Below are positions 37,701-53,518 of a DNA stretch of 64,000 nt, piece after piece. This stretch comes from Anolis carolinensis (Eukaryota): the NCBI RefSeq assembly GCF_035594765.1, contig NC_085841.1, positions 157,961,574 to 158,025,573 on the forward strand, given 5' to 3'. Within the stretch, counting starts at the first letter, position 1; each line of letters starts with the position of its first letter. The notes below the pieces were generated by a model. That model searched no databases. It was given only the letters and a program-made list of their open reading frames with translations, and was not told where the DNA came from. A program made the position numbers and the translations under genes.

Positions 37701-40700
37701 AATATTAAAGCTACACATTCAGGCCTTACAAACTAATGTTCAAAATGTACAGAATGGTGGCCATTGAAAATTCAAGTAACAGTCCACAGTTGATAAAATA
37801 ACACACACATCATAGACAAATATATTAAGCAATAATTTTAGACAGAGAGCAGTATGTAATGTATAAAAGTCCTTAAATCTCAGTTGAAACTACAATGTAT
37901 GAATAATCAGAATAATAGTGAAGATGTTGGAATTATATTCATGGCGTCTTAGATTAGTATCTTACCTCTTTCTCTCTTTGAATCAGATTGAATCACATGT
38001 TAGAAAATTCATTGTATTGGCCTCAAAACCTTCCCTCAACTTATGCATGAGGTCAACTTATATATGATAGTTTAATAATAGTTAAATTTAATCTTTGGAT
38101 AATGTTAATGTCTTTGGAATTTGCAGTCATTTATTTCCTTGAAGTGAAAGCAGATTTCTTCCCTCATCTTCTACAACTGGGGTAGGGAATGTGCGCCCCT
38201 GGGCTGTATAAGGACCACAAAGTCAATTGGTCTGGCTCTGTGGCATCTGTGCCCCCCCCCCCCCCCCACATTCTCCTTCTCTGGGCAGCACAAACAGTGA
38301 TCAGTTCTGAGGAGGATCGGTCTCTTCTGGAGATGTGGCTGGAGGGGAGGTACACAGTCCCAGCCGGGGGAAAACCTGCGGCCCAGACAAACTCCCAGCT
38401 AGCTAACCAGATGCCCCCTTGCCTGCTTGTACCCTCCCTGTTGGCCATGCTCCCTTTCCACCTAGGTTGCAATGCTGCTCAAGAAGTTGGAGGAACTTCC
38501 AAGCCTGTGCTGGCCAGCCAGTCCCACCTAGGTACTCTCCTCCTCCTGTAAATCAAGCCCGGCTTCCTTCCCCTTCCAGTGGTGTCAAACTCAAACTTGT
38601 GGCCTTTCAGGTGTTTTGGACTTCATGTCCCAGAAATTCTTACCATTGGACAAGCTGGCTGGGGTTTCTGGGAGTTGGAGACCCAAACATCTAGAGGCTC
38701 ACAAGTTTCCCACCTCTACTTTAGCCCCTAACCCTTCTCTGTGTCCATCCAAGATCCTCCCCTCTAATTTTGTATGGCCTGCAAATGATGTTTTAAATAT
38801 CTAATGACTCCTGGCAGAAAAAGGTTCTCTATCCCTGTTCTACAGCTCATTGTTGTTTCACTTTAATCCACTGGCATTTTTCCAGCATTCACTGACCAGA
38901 ATTATTCACTTTTCTTGTTCTGTTTGTATGCCTCTCTAGTCATTCAGAGTTTGTTCAATGACTTTCTGAACATTCTTAGATCTTACATGCATTTTTGCCT
39001 TCAGTATTCTCCATGTCTCACCCCATCTTATCTCTATATTTGTAAGGCCAGTAAGACTTTCTTTGCTTTTTGTTCACTTAGCTCCATCACTCTCAGTTGT
39101 GCATAAGTTTTTGTTCCTGAAAACCATTTTGCTCATTTTCTCATGCTATTTTGAATACCTGGAACCTGAATATGCCTTCCTTCTTAATTTTTATCCTCAA
39201 AATCTATCTGGCAGAAGCTCTTTATGTCATCTCTTAAATCCAAAGATAGGGAATTCCGTTGGCTTGGAGTGCCATTTAAATTCATGGTCTTAGGAGTCAC
39301 ATTCCAGCATTAGTTGGAGAAAAATGTGTTGAGTAGAATCCAAATCATTGTTGCTAAAATAAAACCAAGCTAGTTGGGAAATATTTCCCAATTTGAACAT
39401 ATTTCCACCAAACATTCATGGGAGCTGAATTCCATAATGGCTGTTCAAGAGTTAATCCCACTGTGCTAGCAGCATTCCTGCCTACAAGTCACAGCACATT
39501 GCCATTGAACAGCTTTTCTGCTTATAAAGCTCAGTAGAGTTCTTTGCAGGATGTCTAAAATTTAAATATTCTCTTATGTCTGATCACTGATCAGAGATAA
39601 AAGTCGAAGATAGAGCTCACGGGCTGGAAGTTTCATATTCCTTCCTTGTTCCTGTACTTATTGAAATTAACTGAAAGCATATGTATGTAATGTACAACGT
39701 ATTCTTCCTTTGCTTACTCATTCTTTTCTTCATCTTTAATATGAAATTATAGGCTCATTCCTTCTCCTTTATAAAATAAAAGACATTTAGATGATGTTAT
39801 ATAAAGAATAGATGAAATGAATTAGCATCCATTGGGTTTTGGTGTTTTGTTTTTGTTTTTTTGCATTTCCATTGTTTTAGCATTGCATTGTCACTTGAAT
39901 GCTTACGGTAGGAATGAAGTGGACATAGCCGGCTGGATTAGTTCCTCTTTCTACCCCTGATACATGGATGGAAAAGTCATGCAGCAAACCATGGCCTTGT
40001 CTCAAGATTCCTATACCAAATGAGATAGACTAGTGAGTCAGATTTGTCCTATGACCAGCTGTTCTTGTTCCTGATTTAAACAAGATACTGCTATAAATGG
40101 AGGTTAAATGCATCTGCTTAGTGACAATCATAGTAGGGTTGGTGATAGGTAGGTATGCATGGGCTATATGTAGGGTTTGCAGTGTTGTTCAAGCTAAAAC
40201 AAATCCACTGATTGCTAAATCAGATATAATGTAGAAATACTGCCTCACCTTTTAGTCTGAAACACATTATTACAGACCTTATGTTTCTCTGTACCTAATC
40301 TTTTTGCACTTCTTTTTAAAACAAACAGCAGCATTGTAAAATCAGTAGGATGTGCATCTCATCACATTTGGTTTCATCCAGAAATTATTCTGATGGAAAG
40401 ACCATTTATGAGCTACCTCTGCAGCATTTTAATAAGTCCTATTTAACAGTATTAACTGCCATTAATCTACATGGAATTTCTGTACCATTTGACGCCAGAA
40501 TGGTAGTGTTCTCAGAAATCTAATGCATCTGTGTGCTTTTACGGCTGCTTTACAAAACGACTTACAAACTACCTGTAAGGTATAATCTGTTATTACTGTT
40601 CTAGTGGGAATTTCCATTCCTCTACTATTTAAGTTGGCTTGAAAATCTAACAAAGCAACAGAATCCAACAGGATCTATGTTTATTTTATTTTTAAAAATC

Positions 40701-41156
40701 GACTTACTCAAGTTTTCCATGACCATGTTCTCAAAGCACTCACAACATAAATGGATACATATGCACAATATGACTGAAAAGGTTGTGGACAATGGACTAG
40801 AAATAGTATTGGGCTTAATAGTTTTTTTTTTATCATTTGCAAGTTGTTGATAAAATGTAAATATTCAAAATGATAAGGCAGTTTAAATCATATTTAGAAG
40901 TGAGTGTGTTCTTTTCCTTCCTCTTTTAAACTTACTTGTAATGTTAAAATAGCCGTGGGCTTATTCTTTATCCTTATATTATTAAACCCAAATATTAAAA
41001 TACAGGGTGGCATGTAAGGTGCTTATTAGTTAAAATCTGGAACTACAATAAGTTATTTGATTTCTCCATCACCTAGTTTTGTATGCATGTATTTCCTTGT
41101 ACATTTTGCCTTTTTCAGACATTAATGGACCATTGTAATACATTTTTCTTCCCCAG

Positions 41157-41201
41157 ATTTTACCAGCCTTGTGTGTTCTCATATACCATACAGATATAAA
41201 T
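41157..41201 (+). CDS. KPNA3: KPNA3 exon 10
   Basis: ILPALCVLIYHTDIN|GTAAGT. Confidence 0.96.
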
Positions 41202-42644
41202 GTAAGTAATTTTTTTCTGAGTATTTGAAGATATTTCCTGTTTATTTTGCCTGAGGCACTGTGTAAAAATACCTGCCTAGAAAGACATAACATGATCTGT
41301 CTTATTATTCGCTATTGTAAGAAAAATATTTTAAATATGAGATGGGTACCATGTTCAATCACATAGATTTTCAGTAATAGCTCAGTATATGGCTATTTTG
41401 TGGAATAGCTTTTTGCATGTGGTGGATCTTGAAAGGAAAAGATAAATATGGGTTGCTGAGCAGTTAGCCTAGCATGTTTCCTGTGCCTTGGACAGTTGTT
41501 TAACAGAGCAGAGTAGCTGGTTCAGTATTCCCAATAGCAACATCACCAGTCTCTAGTTGAGCTGCTTATGTTGTAGCTGCTTTTGAATTCTGAAATCCAA
41601 ATGTCACTATTATAACTCACTACCTCCCATACTACAAATAACAATCATTGTGTCATCATTATTAGGTACTGTGGGCAATTAGGTCTACATCACACAATCC
41701 CACCTTAAAAGATTGCCCCCAAACAGCTTCAGGGAGGTGTGTTTGCCACTTACCTCCTTTTCAGTACATGGGAGTGATCAGGGAGGACCTGGACATCAGG
41801 TTTTGTATATTGTTTAAGGAAGTGGAGCCACATAGAGTTTAATCCATGAACATTAACAGTATCCAGTGTAAGAATACATGAAGCCTCATTTTAAATAAAA
41901 TTCAACCAATTAAATCTTTTAGAATTGGATTAAAATAAGTTTAACTTAAATAAATTAAAATCAGTGTGGCGAAAAAGATGATAGAATGGAAAAATAAGAC
42001 TGGAATTATGAATTGTGCTATTTTAGAATTGTGTAATTCTGGAAAAAAATATGCATTAAATGCCTTTATACTATGGTGGTATTTCTTGTGAGTCAAAGGC
42101 ATGCTCTCATTTATTCGAAGACAAACATCTTACATGATCTTGTGTTGCTTCAACAGTGCTGGTTACTTTGCTGTTTAATATTACAGGATTGGGTTACAGT
42201 GCTTTTATACAGTTACCTGCTTCTAAATTAGAAAACCTTGTGCTCATATGACTAGTTAGTTGGCTTCTTCTAGAGTCCATAGTTCAGTTTCAGGCATAAA
42301 ATTTGGAGCTAAATAAGATTCTAGAATAATCAATTTTGTCTCTAGAGGACAGCTAACAAACTTTGGTAGAATTTTCTTTGTATGTTACTAGAAATTTGCC
42401 AGCATAATTAATATGTTGATACTATTACTAAAACTAATCTGTTATTTTAAAAAGTTATAATCAGCCTTTATTATTTAGATTGTTTTGAGATTAAGTTAGT
42501 GCACTGGAAATGCTAGAAAACAATTTTAAAAACATATTGAATTTTTTTTCAGAGCATGTTAGAAATTTTTATCTAGCATTATTAATCTTGCTCAAATGTT
42601 TACCACTGTCTTACATTGAAGCATGAAATGTCTCTCTTCTGTAG

Positions 42645-42809
<165 letters not shown>

Positions 42810-42855
42810 TGAACTTGAAGCACTAGGTCTCAACCCAATCCATTTTATTATTTCA

Positions 42856-43299
42856 CTAGCTTTGGTACTCGGCGATCTCATTAGAGAATGCATAAGGATA
42901 TGGGAAACTACAACTTCCATCATCATCATGTCATTGCCCCCAAACTCCGCTATGGTGGGCATCTGTGATTGCTTCCAAACAGCACCAGCAGTTATAGTTG
43001 GCCAAGATGGGTACATGTGCTAAGTTTGGTCCAGATCCAATGTCGATGGGGTTTGGAATTCTCTGATTGTGGGTGATCTACAACTCCCAACCTCCCAGGT
43101 CAATCCCCCAAAATCCTACCAGCACTTAAAGTTGTTCATTGGGGGGGAAGGAGTCTGTGTGCCAAGTTTGGTCAAGATCCATTTTCAGTAGAAATCACAG
43201 GGCTCTCTCGATATGGGTGCCATCTTGAAAATCACATACAAACATAGATACATGCCTACAAATATATACACATACATATCTTCACTTTTATTATATAGA
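42856..43299 (-). mobile_element. Short non-autonomous Helitron-like element
   Basis: Minus strand reads A|TCTATATAATAAAAGTG ... CGCCGAGTACCAAAGCTAG|T. The 3' hairpin is degraded. Confidence 0.6.
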
Positions 43300-43679
43300 T
43301 ATATATAGATATATAGATCGACATAGAAAGGTTTGGGACCATAAAACATGGTTGCTCTAAGTTTAGTGCCACGTACATTATTCAATTGTTTGACAATTGA
43401 TATACTCATAGTAGCATCTTATAATTCTAAAAAATTCAGGACAGGTGACAGTTATTTTAAAAGGTTATAATCAGCTTTAAATAACTATCCCTTTAGACTG
43501 CTAAAATTAAAGCTCATATACAATTGAGACTGACTGTAATAAATTTCATGAACTTAATGTATCTATCATTTCCATGCTGATTGGTATTTGTGTCCTCCTT
43601 CAGTGAAAGAGAGGAGTAAACCATAAAAGTTATTATTGTGATATAGATACTTTTTTCAGACCTTCAGCTGAGATTTTTA

Positions 43680-44110
43680 AAGCCCTAGACGGTTCCAGTC
43701 TAGGCTGTTTGGCTGACTGGATCCCCTTGTACAAACCCTTCTCCTGGTCCCACCTCTATCTCAAGCTCAGTTGATGGGAACGAGAGAGCGGGCCTTCTCA
43801 GTGGCTGCCCCTCGACTCTGGAACTCTCTTCTTCCCAGAAAAGTCAGAATGGTCTCCTCCCTGCTGTCCTTCCGGCAGCAGATTAAAACCTGTTTATTCA
43901 GACAGGCTTTCAAAGATGAAGGTGTTTGAGATCTAGTTAGGGTGCTGTGGTTTTGTGTGCTTTTATGGTTTTACCTGAATTGTTTTTAATATTGATGATT
44001 TTGATACTGTTTTAATATTTATATTTTTGTATATTTTAAATTGTATTGTAATGCTTTTAATTATGAGTTGTTTTGAGTCTCTGTATGGAGAGAAAAAGTG
44101 GCAATATTAT
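43680..44110 (+). mobile_element. L2 LINE 3' fragment
   Basis: RAFSVAAPRLWNSL motif (GGGCCTTCTCAGTGGCTGCCCCTCGACTCTGGAACTCTCT). Confidence 0.8.
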
Positions 44111-44119
44111 TATTACTAT

Positions 44120-44151
<32 letters not shown>

Positions 44152-44546
44152 ATATAGTTTGTAAAGTTCTTTCTTTTAAGGCTTGTTCTCCTATGCTTTC
44201 TATATATAAGAAATGGAACCATACAGATAGCTTGCTACTCCTCTGTTCATATTATTTAATCAACCTGGGATACAAAGAGTTTCTTTTTTCACTTTTAGCA
44301 GGTAGTCTCATCTATTCTATTAATCAAGTTACATTCATTTAAAAAATGGCATGCTGTATGGCATAAAAACTACTGATCAAGAAACTGAAGCCAAGGGTCT
44401 ATTGGAGCACATGTAATTAGTTGCATGTAAATATGTAAATTTCACATTCATTATTGTCTCAGAATCAGTCTTACATATAAACTAATTCTAGGAATTATAT
44501 GTAGACTCTTTAAAAGCAATCAATGTTATCATTGCTTGAACCATAG

Positions 44547-44711
<165 letters not shown>

Positions 44712-46239
44712 TGAAAATTTACATTTTAATGTGAATTCAGTTGCTCTCTTTGGGTCAAATAAATGATAAAAGAAATAAATTTTATTTTGAAAAGAATGTA
44801 ACAAATTAATTTGGCAAGTACCCTCCCCCCAATAACACTATATAGGGCAATCTGCTGGCTGATAACAACTAGCAATAAGGGATTGACTGATTGGATACAG
44901 ATAATAATTAATGCTTCTTTATGAAAGCAGTCATTCAGAATGGCTATTTTTTTAAAAAAAATATTTTCACCCTGTAATAATCATTGACTAGTCATTAGCA
45001 TTTCACATGCGGCAATATGCACAGGCATGTGAAACCTACATAATTCTGGAGTCTGTTGGATGACTATCTGGGACTTTTAAAATCAAGATTCTGATTGAAA
45101 AGTAAATTGCCTTGATCACCAGGAGAGAGACAAGTAGCAGTGCTACTTTTACAATTCTGAACTTTGTGGAACCTTTTGATACTATCCGGAGCAGTCACCA
45201 CCTAAGCTGACAGCATGAATTTGGAGCCAGATTAGTGGGTCTAATCCCATTTGAAGGGCCAAAAGTAACACTCAGGGTACTAAAATTATGAACACTTGCA
45301 GAATGTCATCACTTTCCCACGCTTCTTAATATATCTGCCAAGAGAAAGGAAACGGTATGGTTGGACATTACTCCTGTCAGTTCCCATTGACCCAAACCTT
45401 CCAGACCAGATGTCAAGAAAAATGGGAGCTACTGGAAAAATTGTACAACGATTTAGAGTATTGAGGACGATATTACTCATTTTTATCTAAATTTGACAAT
45501 GCAGTGAATACACTATGTTTTATCATCTTGCTAATTGAGACAGGCGAGGGCCACGGAAATTGAAACTGGAATCCAGTAGTCAGGGTTGGTATTTTTCAAG
45601 TCTTGTTTCAGATTGCATTTCATCACCTCTGAAAGATCACATTCACATTGAGGGATTACTCCTTGATTCATCTTTGTTATATGACTCAGATGTTCTTAGT
45701 GAAATGAAGTGGTTTTAATTATTTGAAGTTGTTAGGCCAACTACAACCACGTCTTGATAGGGATAGTTTGGCAGCAGTGCTTCATGCCTCCTGAAGTTTA
45801 AACAGGTATGCTTCTATCAAAACTTAAAAGTTGTTAATTATTTTTAAATAAATATAATTTATATGAGCAAATAGCTAAATTATCAGAAAGGGTTCTCCAT
45901 GTTCGCATTGTTACATCTATGCTGAGAAAAAGATCAATCACTACACAAACTCTATAGGGCTGCCATCTGATCTTGGGACACATTAGTGATGTTGATATTG
46001 GAAGGATGTTTTCTTTTTGGCATGATGTCACCCAGCAACAGTGAATTAGCTTGTCTTTAGCTACAGAAACTACTAAGAGCAGGTTGTTTGGCTCTAATTG
46101 TGGTTCTTTAAATGGTCATCTGTGAATCCACATAACCCTCCCTCTTCTCCATTTGCAGGTTTTCACTGATATTTTGCAGTTAAAACTGGAATAGCGAGAA
46201 TAGTTTTGGCACTCTCAGATATGCACAGTGGAATGGGGA

Positions 46240-47490
46240 ATAGGAGTATTACCAATATGCAGATGACACCCCCCTCTAGTACTCCTTTCCACCTAAATTC
46301 CAAGGAAGCAGTTCCACTGGTGCCTCGTAGCTATAATGGACTGGATGAGAGCATACAAATTGAAGCTTAATCCAGACAAGACAGAGGTGCTCCTGGTCAG
46401 TCGAAAGACAGATCTTGGAATAGGGATCCAACTAATGTTACATGGGATCTCATTCCCCTGAAAACGCAGGTTCGGAGTATGGGGGTACTCCTGGATTTGG
46501 CTCTGAACCTGGAGGCCCAGATATCAGTAGTGACCAGGAGTGCCTTTGCACAGTTAAAGTCCATTTCTGGAGAAGTCGGATCTGGCCATGGTGATCCATA
46601 CCTTAGTTAAAACCTGGTTGGATTACTATAGGCCGGGCTGTGGCGCAGGCTAGAAAGCAAGCCAGCTGCAACAAATCACTTTGACCAAGAGGTCATGAGT
46701 TCGAGGCCAGCCCGTGCCTGCGTCTTGTCTCTGTCTCTGTTCTATGTTATGGCATTGAATGTTTGCCTTTGTGTGTGCAATGTGATCCACCCTGAGTCCC
46801 CTTCGGGGTGAGAAGGGCGGAATATAAATGCTCTAAATAAATAAAATAATAAATAATGTGCTCTATGTGGGACTGCCTTTGAAAAGTGGTTCAAAGAGCA
46901 CCAGTCAGACTTCTAACTGGGGCTGGCACCAGAGAGCATATAACTCCCCTGTTGCAACAGCTCAGTTGGTTGCCAACATGTTTCCGCACACAATTAATTG
47001 TGCTTATTTTGACTTACAAAGCCCTATATGGCTTCGGTCCAGGTTATCTGAAGGACCGTATCTTGTTCTATGAATGTGGTAGACATCTACGATCATCTCT
47101 CTAGCCTACCATTCGTTTGGTGGGAACTTGGTAGAGGGCCTTTTCAGTGGGTGCTCCCAGACTGTGAAAACCCCTCCCAAGAGATACCAGGATGGTCCCA
47201 TTCCTGCTGGCCTTCCACAAGCAAGTCAGAACCTTCTACAAGCCGGCATTTGGGGAAGGATGAGGGGCACGCCCTGGGGAGGTGTGGATCGGATATGGCA
47301 GGGGAAGCTGTGTGTTTTAAAATGCATTTTAATTGTATTTATCATGTTTTGTAGTTTTAACCAGACACACAGTACCATTTAATTGTTTTTTAATGTTTGT
47401 ATTTGCTTTGTTTAAATTGATCAAAGTGAGATTAGTAGCCATCATGAGTCCCCTCGGGGAGAAAAGTGGGGTATAAATAATGTAAATAAT
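46240..47490 (+). mobile_element. L2 LINE 3' fragment with nested SINE
   Basis: YQYADDT..LKLNPDKTEVL..HITPLLQQLSWLP..YKAL remnants. Confidence 0.85.
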
Positions 47491-47522
47491 AACAATAATT
47501 GTGATGAACAATATTTGTCTGA

Positions 47523-47814
<292 letters not shown>

Positions 47815-47887
47815 GTGTGTGTATATTTATTAAGTACCACAGTAATACATTTCAAAGGATTTAAAGAAAAACACAATGTAATTCTAA

Positions 47888-48124
<237 letters not shown>

Positions 48125-48833
48125 TAAGGCTCAAAAGGTTACATTTTGTGATGTTTAGTTTATTCACATTTTAGTTGGATACATCAAAACATAATAAGGA
48201 AGCCAAAGAAATTGATGGTAGCCAAGATGGCCAAGCTTATTTCTGCCTTTGAAATATGTTCACCAAAAATAATTCTTAAAGAAGTTTTACCTGAACATCT
48301 TTGAGGGGAACAGATAAAACAGTTGTGACTCACCTGACCTATCTCCTCAATATACAGAGTCTTCTGTAATATATAGAATACATGCTGGGATTATTGGGCT
48401 GGTTAATTGTACCAGTTTCCGTTTGTACTTTTGTAGTATTCTATTATCATTGAACATTTGTGCCCTATTTTATCTTAACAGTTAAAATCCTTGAATATTT
48501 TCAAATAGTAAAAAATATTAGTGTAACTTCTGATTGTGGGTACTATTTAAGAGGATTTTATTCATTTAGAGTGCAGCTGTAGGGAGTAATAAAATGTAGT
48601 TCTGAGAAAACTTGCATTTGATTTTGATCTTAATCCTGATGAATGTGTGAATAACACATTATGATGGTACTTATTTTGGGACCTCATATGCTACTTTAGT
48701 AACATAAAGCCCAAGGCCTAAATTTTATGTTATGTACTCATTTTTCATTTTTCTGTTGCTGAATTTCATAGGTCCTGGCACACTGATTTGTTTTAAGCTG
48801 TTTATCTTAAAGCACAAAAGCTTGTAATGGTGA

Positions 48834-49133
<300 letters not shown>

Positions 49134-50293
49134 TAGCGGCAGGAGCAAGGGGAGACCTTTGCAGGGTGGCATGCTCTTGTGCTAGGTTGTATCTCTGATG
49201 CTAGCTTGTAACTTGAAACAAAAAACGCACCGAACAACGGCTTGTATCTCAAAAAACCTGCAAGTTGGGTCGCTCATAAGTTGAGGTTCCACTGTACTCC
49301 AAAAATCAAAATTGTCCACCTGAGTGGCCAAGTAACACTTTACCTTCTGATTGTTACGTTTACACAAGCTTTGTTTTATGCACAAAATTATTGAAAGCAT
49401 TATATATGATTACCTTCAGGCTATGTGCATAAGATGTATATGATACAGAAATATCTTTTGTATTTAAACTTGAATCTCATCTCCAAGATATCTCATTATG
49501 TGTGTAAATGCAAATTAGTATTCATTGTCTAAGAAAACCCTGTGAAATTTATGAGGTTTCCATAAATTGGCAGGCTTCTTGAAGGCACGCAAATGTATAC
49601 GCTTCAAGCATACCAGTTTTCTGGGGAAGGTAACTTACTCCAGAAGGCCCATATTGCAACTCTAGAGTATTCATATTCATATTCCTGCAAGCTATTTCAG
49701 ACCTAGGAGACACCTTTTTCCAACAAGAAATGACTCAAAGCTCAACTTTCAAATAATCTCCTGTTGGGAAAGGAGCTATCCAAGAGAAGGCCAAAAATCT
49801 ATCTATATCCCTGTCAAGTGCTTTGTAGAACTACCTTTGTGCCCATCTTTATTGTGAATTTCATTTCAGCATAACATCTAGCTAGGCTTAATCTTTTTTA
49901 TCATCCAATCTTTTAAAATTTACTTACTGCTTCTTTTGATGTATATGGGGCAAGAAGATACATCAATTGGCTATTTGTTTTAAGGCTTCTTACTTTCACT
50001 TCTACTTTCTTACTTGCTTTTCTGCTTTTTATCTCGGTTTATTAAAAACATAACTAGGTGTGCAAACTTCACAAAGCCAACAGCCTTAGCAAAACAGAAG
50101 AAAAGTATCATTATAGTTTTCCAAAATCTTCAAGGTGCTTTCAGGACCTTGCTTCTATGCATTTATTTCAAGCCAAACAGCTATAGGCATTCAGCTTTTT
50201 CCGAAGTCGGGTGGAATGCTCAGTCTTTATAAAGTGTTCTTGTACAGTGAAAAAGAACAACTAACTCCGATACATTTTCATTGGTCTTTGTAG

Positions 50294-50392
<99 letters not shown>

Positions 50393-52946
50393 GCTCAGTA
50401 CAACACAGCTTGTCTATACCACACCAGTAAAATATACCACCAGATGATGTCTCCTTTTGGGGAAAAAACTGGCTCCAAGCATATGCCTCTTTGTCTGATG
50501 CTTCTAAAGCAAGCCGTACATCAGTCACTTTGAATTTGCCAAAAGTAACTACCACATGGACTGTAAATGCATATGCATGATGTCATAAACTGTTAAAAAA
50601 ATTAACAGTCCCTGCTACCTTTCCTCTCTTCCCTTCTGCCCCCCTCTTTTTTCCTGATTCCACATGCTGGTGACTACACTTGGCAGTTTTAAGTGTGTCC
50701 CTTTCTGGTGGCACGTTGGCTTTCCACAGAAGAATAACTTTCTTTGGAAAATAGTGGATCAAGACTCTTTAGTATGATGCTTACATTTTGGAAAACTTCT
50801 GAGAGAGGCCCTGTTTATTTTTATTTTTATTTTAAGCCTCTGCGGTTGTCCTCTACAAACGTATTTTCATATATTTAATGTGGAAGTATAAATAATGAAA
50901 ATGCAACTCACATTATTTTCATTGGTGAAACTGAAATTAACAAAACAAACTTCTTTAAAAGAACTTGGTAATTGATCAGTTTAAAAACAGACTACATGTA
51001 TCAGTAATTGTATTCATTACTGCCTTAGAAGCTTGGGTTTGAAGAATGAACTTTGTACTCGGACTAGTAAAACATTATACCTAATTTTTGAGAACAACAA
51101 GCTGCACTTGACCACCCTTCAGCCTGTGTGTTCCTGCCATTTTTGAAATAATAAAATGCTGTGCATGGTATTTTACCTGAGCTACAACCTGTTATGGACT
51201 TGAAAATGTTGTTATAAGTTGAAAGCAAGAGTCCTGCATTAAAGAAGCAACACTATTCTAAATGAGCATTGGTTGACAAGAATCTTGCTTTCATCTTTCA
51301 GTAGTCAGTATATTTTTGGTTAAATTTATAACTGAATAATGTTGATTTATATTGGTTTAAACTGTGGAGCTTTCTTGTTTACTGTAATTTAGTCTTAAAC
51401 TATTTTTTTACTGACCAGTGCTTATGATGACGTGGTTGACAACAAATTAGCAACTATTTTAGAAGCATCATAAAAAGCTTCATTCTTGGAGTAATGAAAA
51501 AAATAATAGAAAATAGTCTATAAGCCTTTTTCATATAGTTAAAATACTTACTATCTGTGTGAGTTTTGTGAAAGCTGCTACTGTTCAGCATAAGCATAAT
51601 ATGCAGCTCACAAGGAACAAATTTGTATAAGCTGGTAACTTGGGAGTCGTGGGGAAGCTGTCCAGCCTAGCTTTTCAGATGCTTTGGGATTGCTGTTGGT
51701 AACCAAGAGATTTGAACTATGTAAACTGTCAAACAAACTGATATTGTTGCTGTTGTTCACTGGATGTACTTCCCAATGCCTTGATGTGAAGGGATACAAA
51801 AAACGTAAAACTAATGTAGTTATTGGATGTGGATTGTATTTACTGTGATGAAGATAAGGATTGATGCCATCAAAGCTTTGTTGATCAGCTGTTTTTCCAC
51901 TAATAAGCAAGACATTGCAGGTGTTCATTCATTAAATATATCTGCCAAGGTGGAGCCACTTTAAAGAGTGAGTTGCCTTGTATCTTGAAAGATACAAGTA
52001 TATGTTTTAAACTGCAAGATTTTTACTTGCTAGATAATCCATTTTAATACAGTGGTTTGGCCTCTATTTATAGGTTTTATAAATTTTAAAATCAATTTCT
52101 CTTTAAGGTGGCTCAGACTTTTCAACTCTTGTGCACATAAAATTGAGTTGAAATTCATTGTGCCTTTTTTTCTTTACCCAGACATTAATTTGACAACTAT
52201 ATCCTATTAACGCATTATAGTCTAAATTCTTGAAGTTGTGGTGTTTTTTTGCTAAGAACTGGACAAAACCAAACCAAAATTAATTTGATCATGGTTTTTT
52301 GAATTCCAAAGCAAATATGCATTTGATGATATGAACAAATACCTTTCGTTTTTAGACAGTATGCCCATGTTCTCTGTTGTAGATACTAGGTACAACATAT
52401 GATTGAAAATTTTTCACTACTGTGAAGACTGATTATTTTTCTTGCACTCAATTAAAGATAGGAAAACAGATTTAAAGCAGTACCTTTGATTTCTCTCGGT
52501 TCTGTCACCTTATCTGCTTATTATCGAGATTCAAACATTTTATAGTTAATAAAGGAAAACAAAGTTTGGATCCAAAGATTCTTCTGCAAAGAGCAGGAGA
52601 GGTGTGTGGTTTTGCTGAAGGAATTGCTGATTTCCCCCCTGTGCTCCGCCAGGGGCTGCACAAAGGGGTGCCAGAGGGGCTGGAGACTCTCCACAGCAGT
52701 CCTTCAGGGCCACTGAGGGTTACAAAGGGAGTGGGAATGGGCAATTGTCTCTCTTGACCCGCATGCAGATCTTTGTATCCAAACCCAAAAAGAAACTGCT
52801 GCACTTTTAAGTTTTCAGGTGTTTTAAAATTGCATTGTGTTCATTTTTTTAAAAAAAAGCCTTTCAGTTAATAGATTAAATTCTTCCTTCAAAAGAGGCA
52901 TCTAAATGTGTTCCTAATTTTGTATATGGGCTTAGGTTTTATAATC

Positions 52947-52952
52947 AATAAA
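52947..52952 (+). terminator. Probable distal KPNA3 polyadenylation signal (3'UTR ~2.6 kb)
   Basis: AATAAA at the end of the TE-free AT-rich tract after the stop codon. Repeats resume just downstream. Confidence 0.65.
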
Positions 52953-53371
52953 AAGCTGCTATCAAATATTACCACCATGCAAGACCTTATTTTGAGGGGG
53001 GAAACTGTTTAAATATTAGAGGGATGTAGAGTTCTCTTTGTTCCACATGGAGTCAATGAATTGCACATGTAAGTATCATACACGTGGAAACGTTCTGTTT
53101 GGGAGCATTTCAAAATTGCCCAAACATTGTTCTTCCCACCATAATACACATACAGTCCTGGCCCCATCTGCAATGCCATATAAAATCCAGATTATCTGCT
53201 GTGACCTGGATTATATGGCAATGCAGACATATAATCCAGTTCAAAGAAAATGTGGATTATCTGATTTAATAATCTGGATTTTTGGCAGTGTAAAAGGGGC
53301 CTCAGGATGGGTTCTAGTTGTTCCTGCTCAGCTCCTTTTTGACTGCCACATTGGTGACATCAGATACATAA

Positions 53372-53518
53372 AAAGGTAAAGGTTTTCCCCTGACGTTAAG
53401 TCCAGTCATGACCGACTCTGGGGGTTGGTGCTCATCTCTATTTCTAAGCCGAAGAGCCGGCGTTGTCCATACACATCTCCAGGTCATGTGGCCGGCATGA
53501 CTGCATGGAGCGCCGTTA
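53372..53518 (-). mobile_element. 5'-truncated Sauria SINE
   Basis: AAAGGTAAAGGTTTTCCCCTGACGTTAAG..., flanked by an ATACATAA direct repeat. Confidence 0.88.

Noticed and set aside
52600-52770. CTCF site or small ORF in the GC-richer patch of the KPNA3 3'UTR
   Set aside because: Only a partial match to the CTCF consensus (CCGCCAGGGGCT), and the ORFs are short with no homology I recognise.
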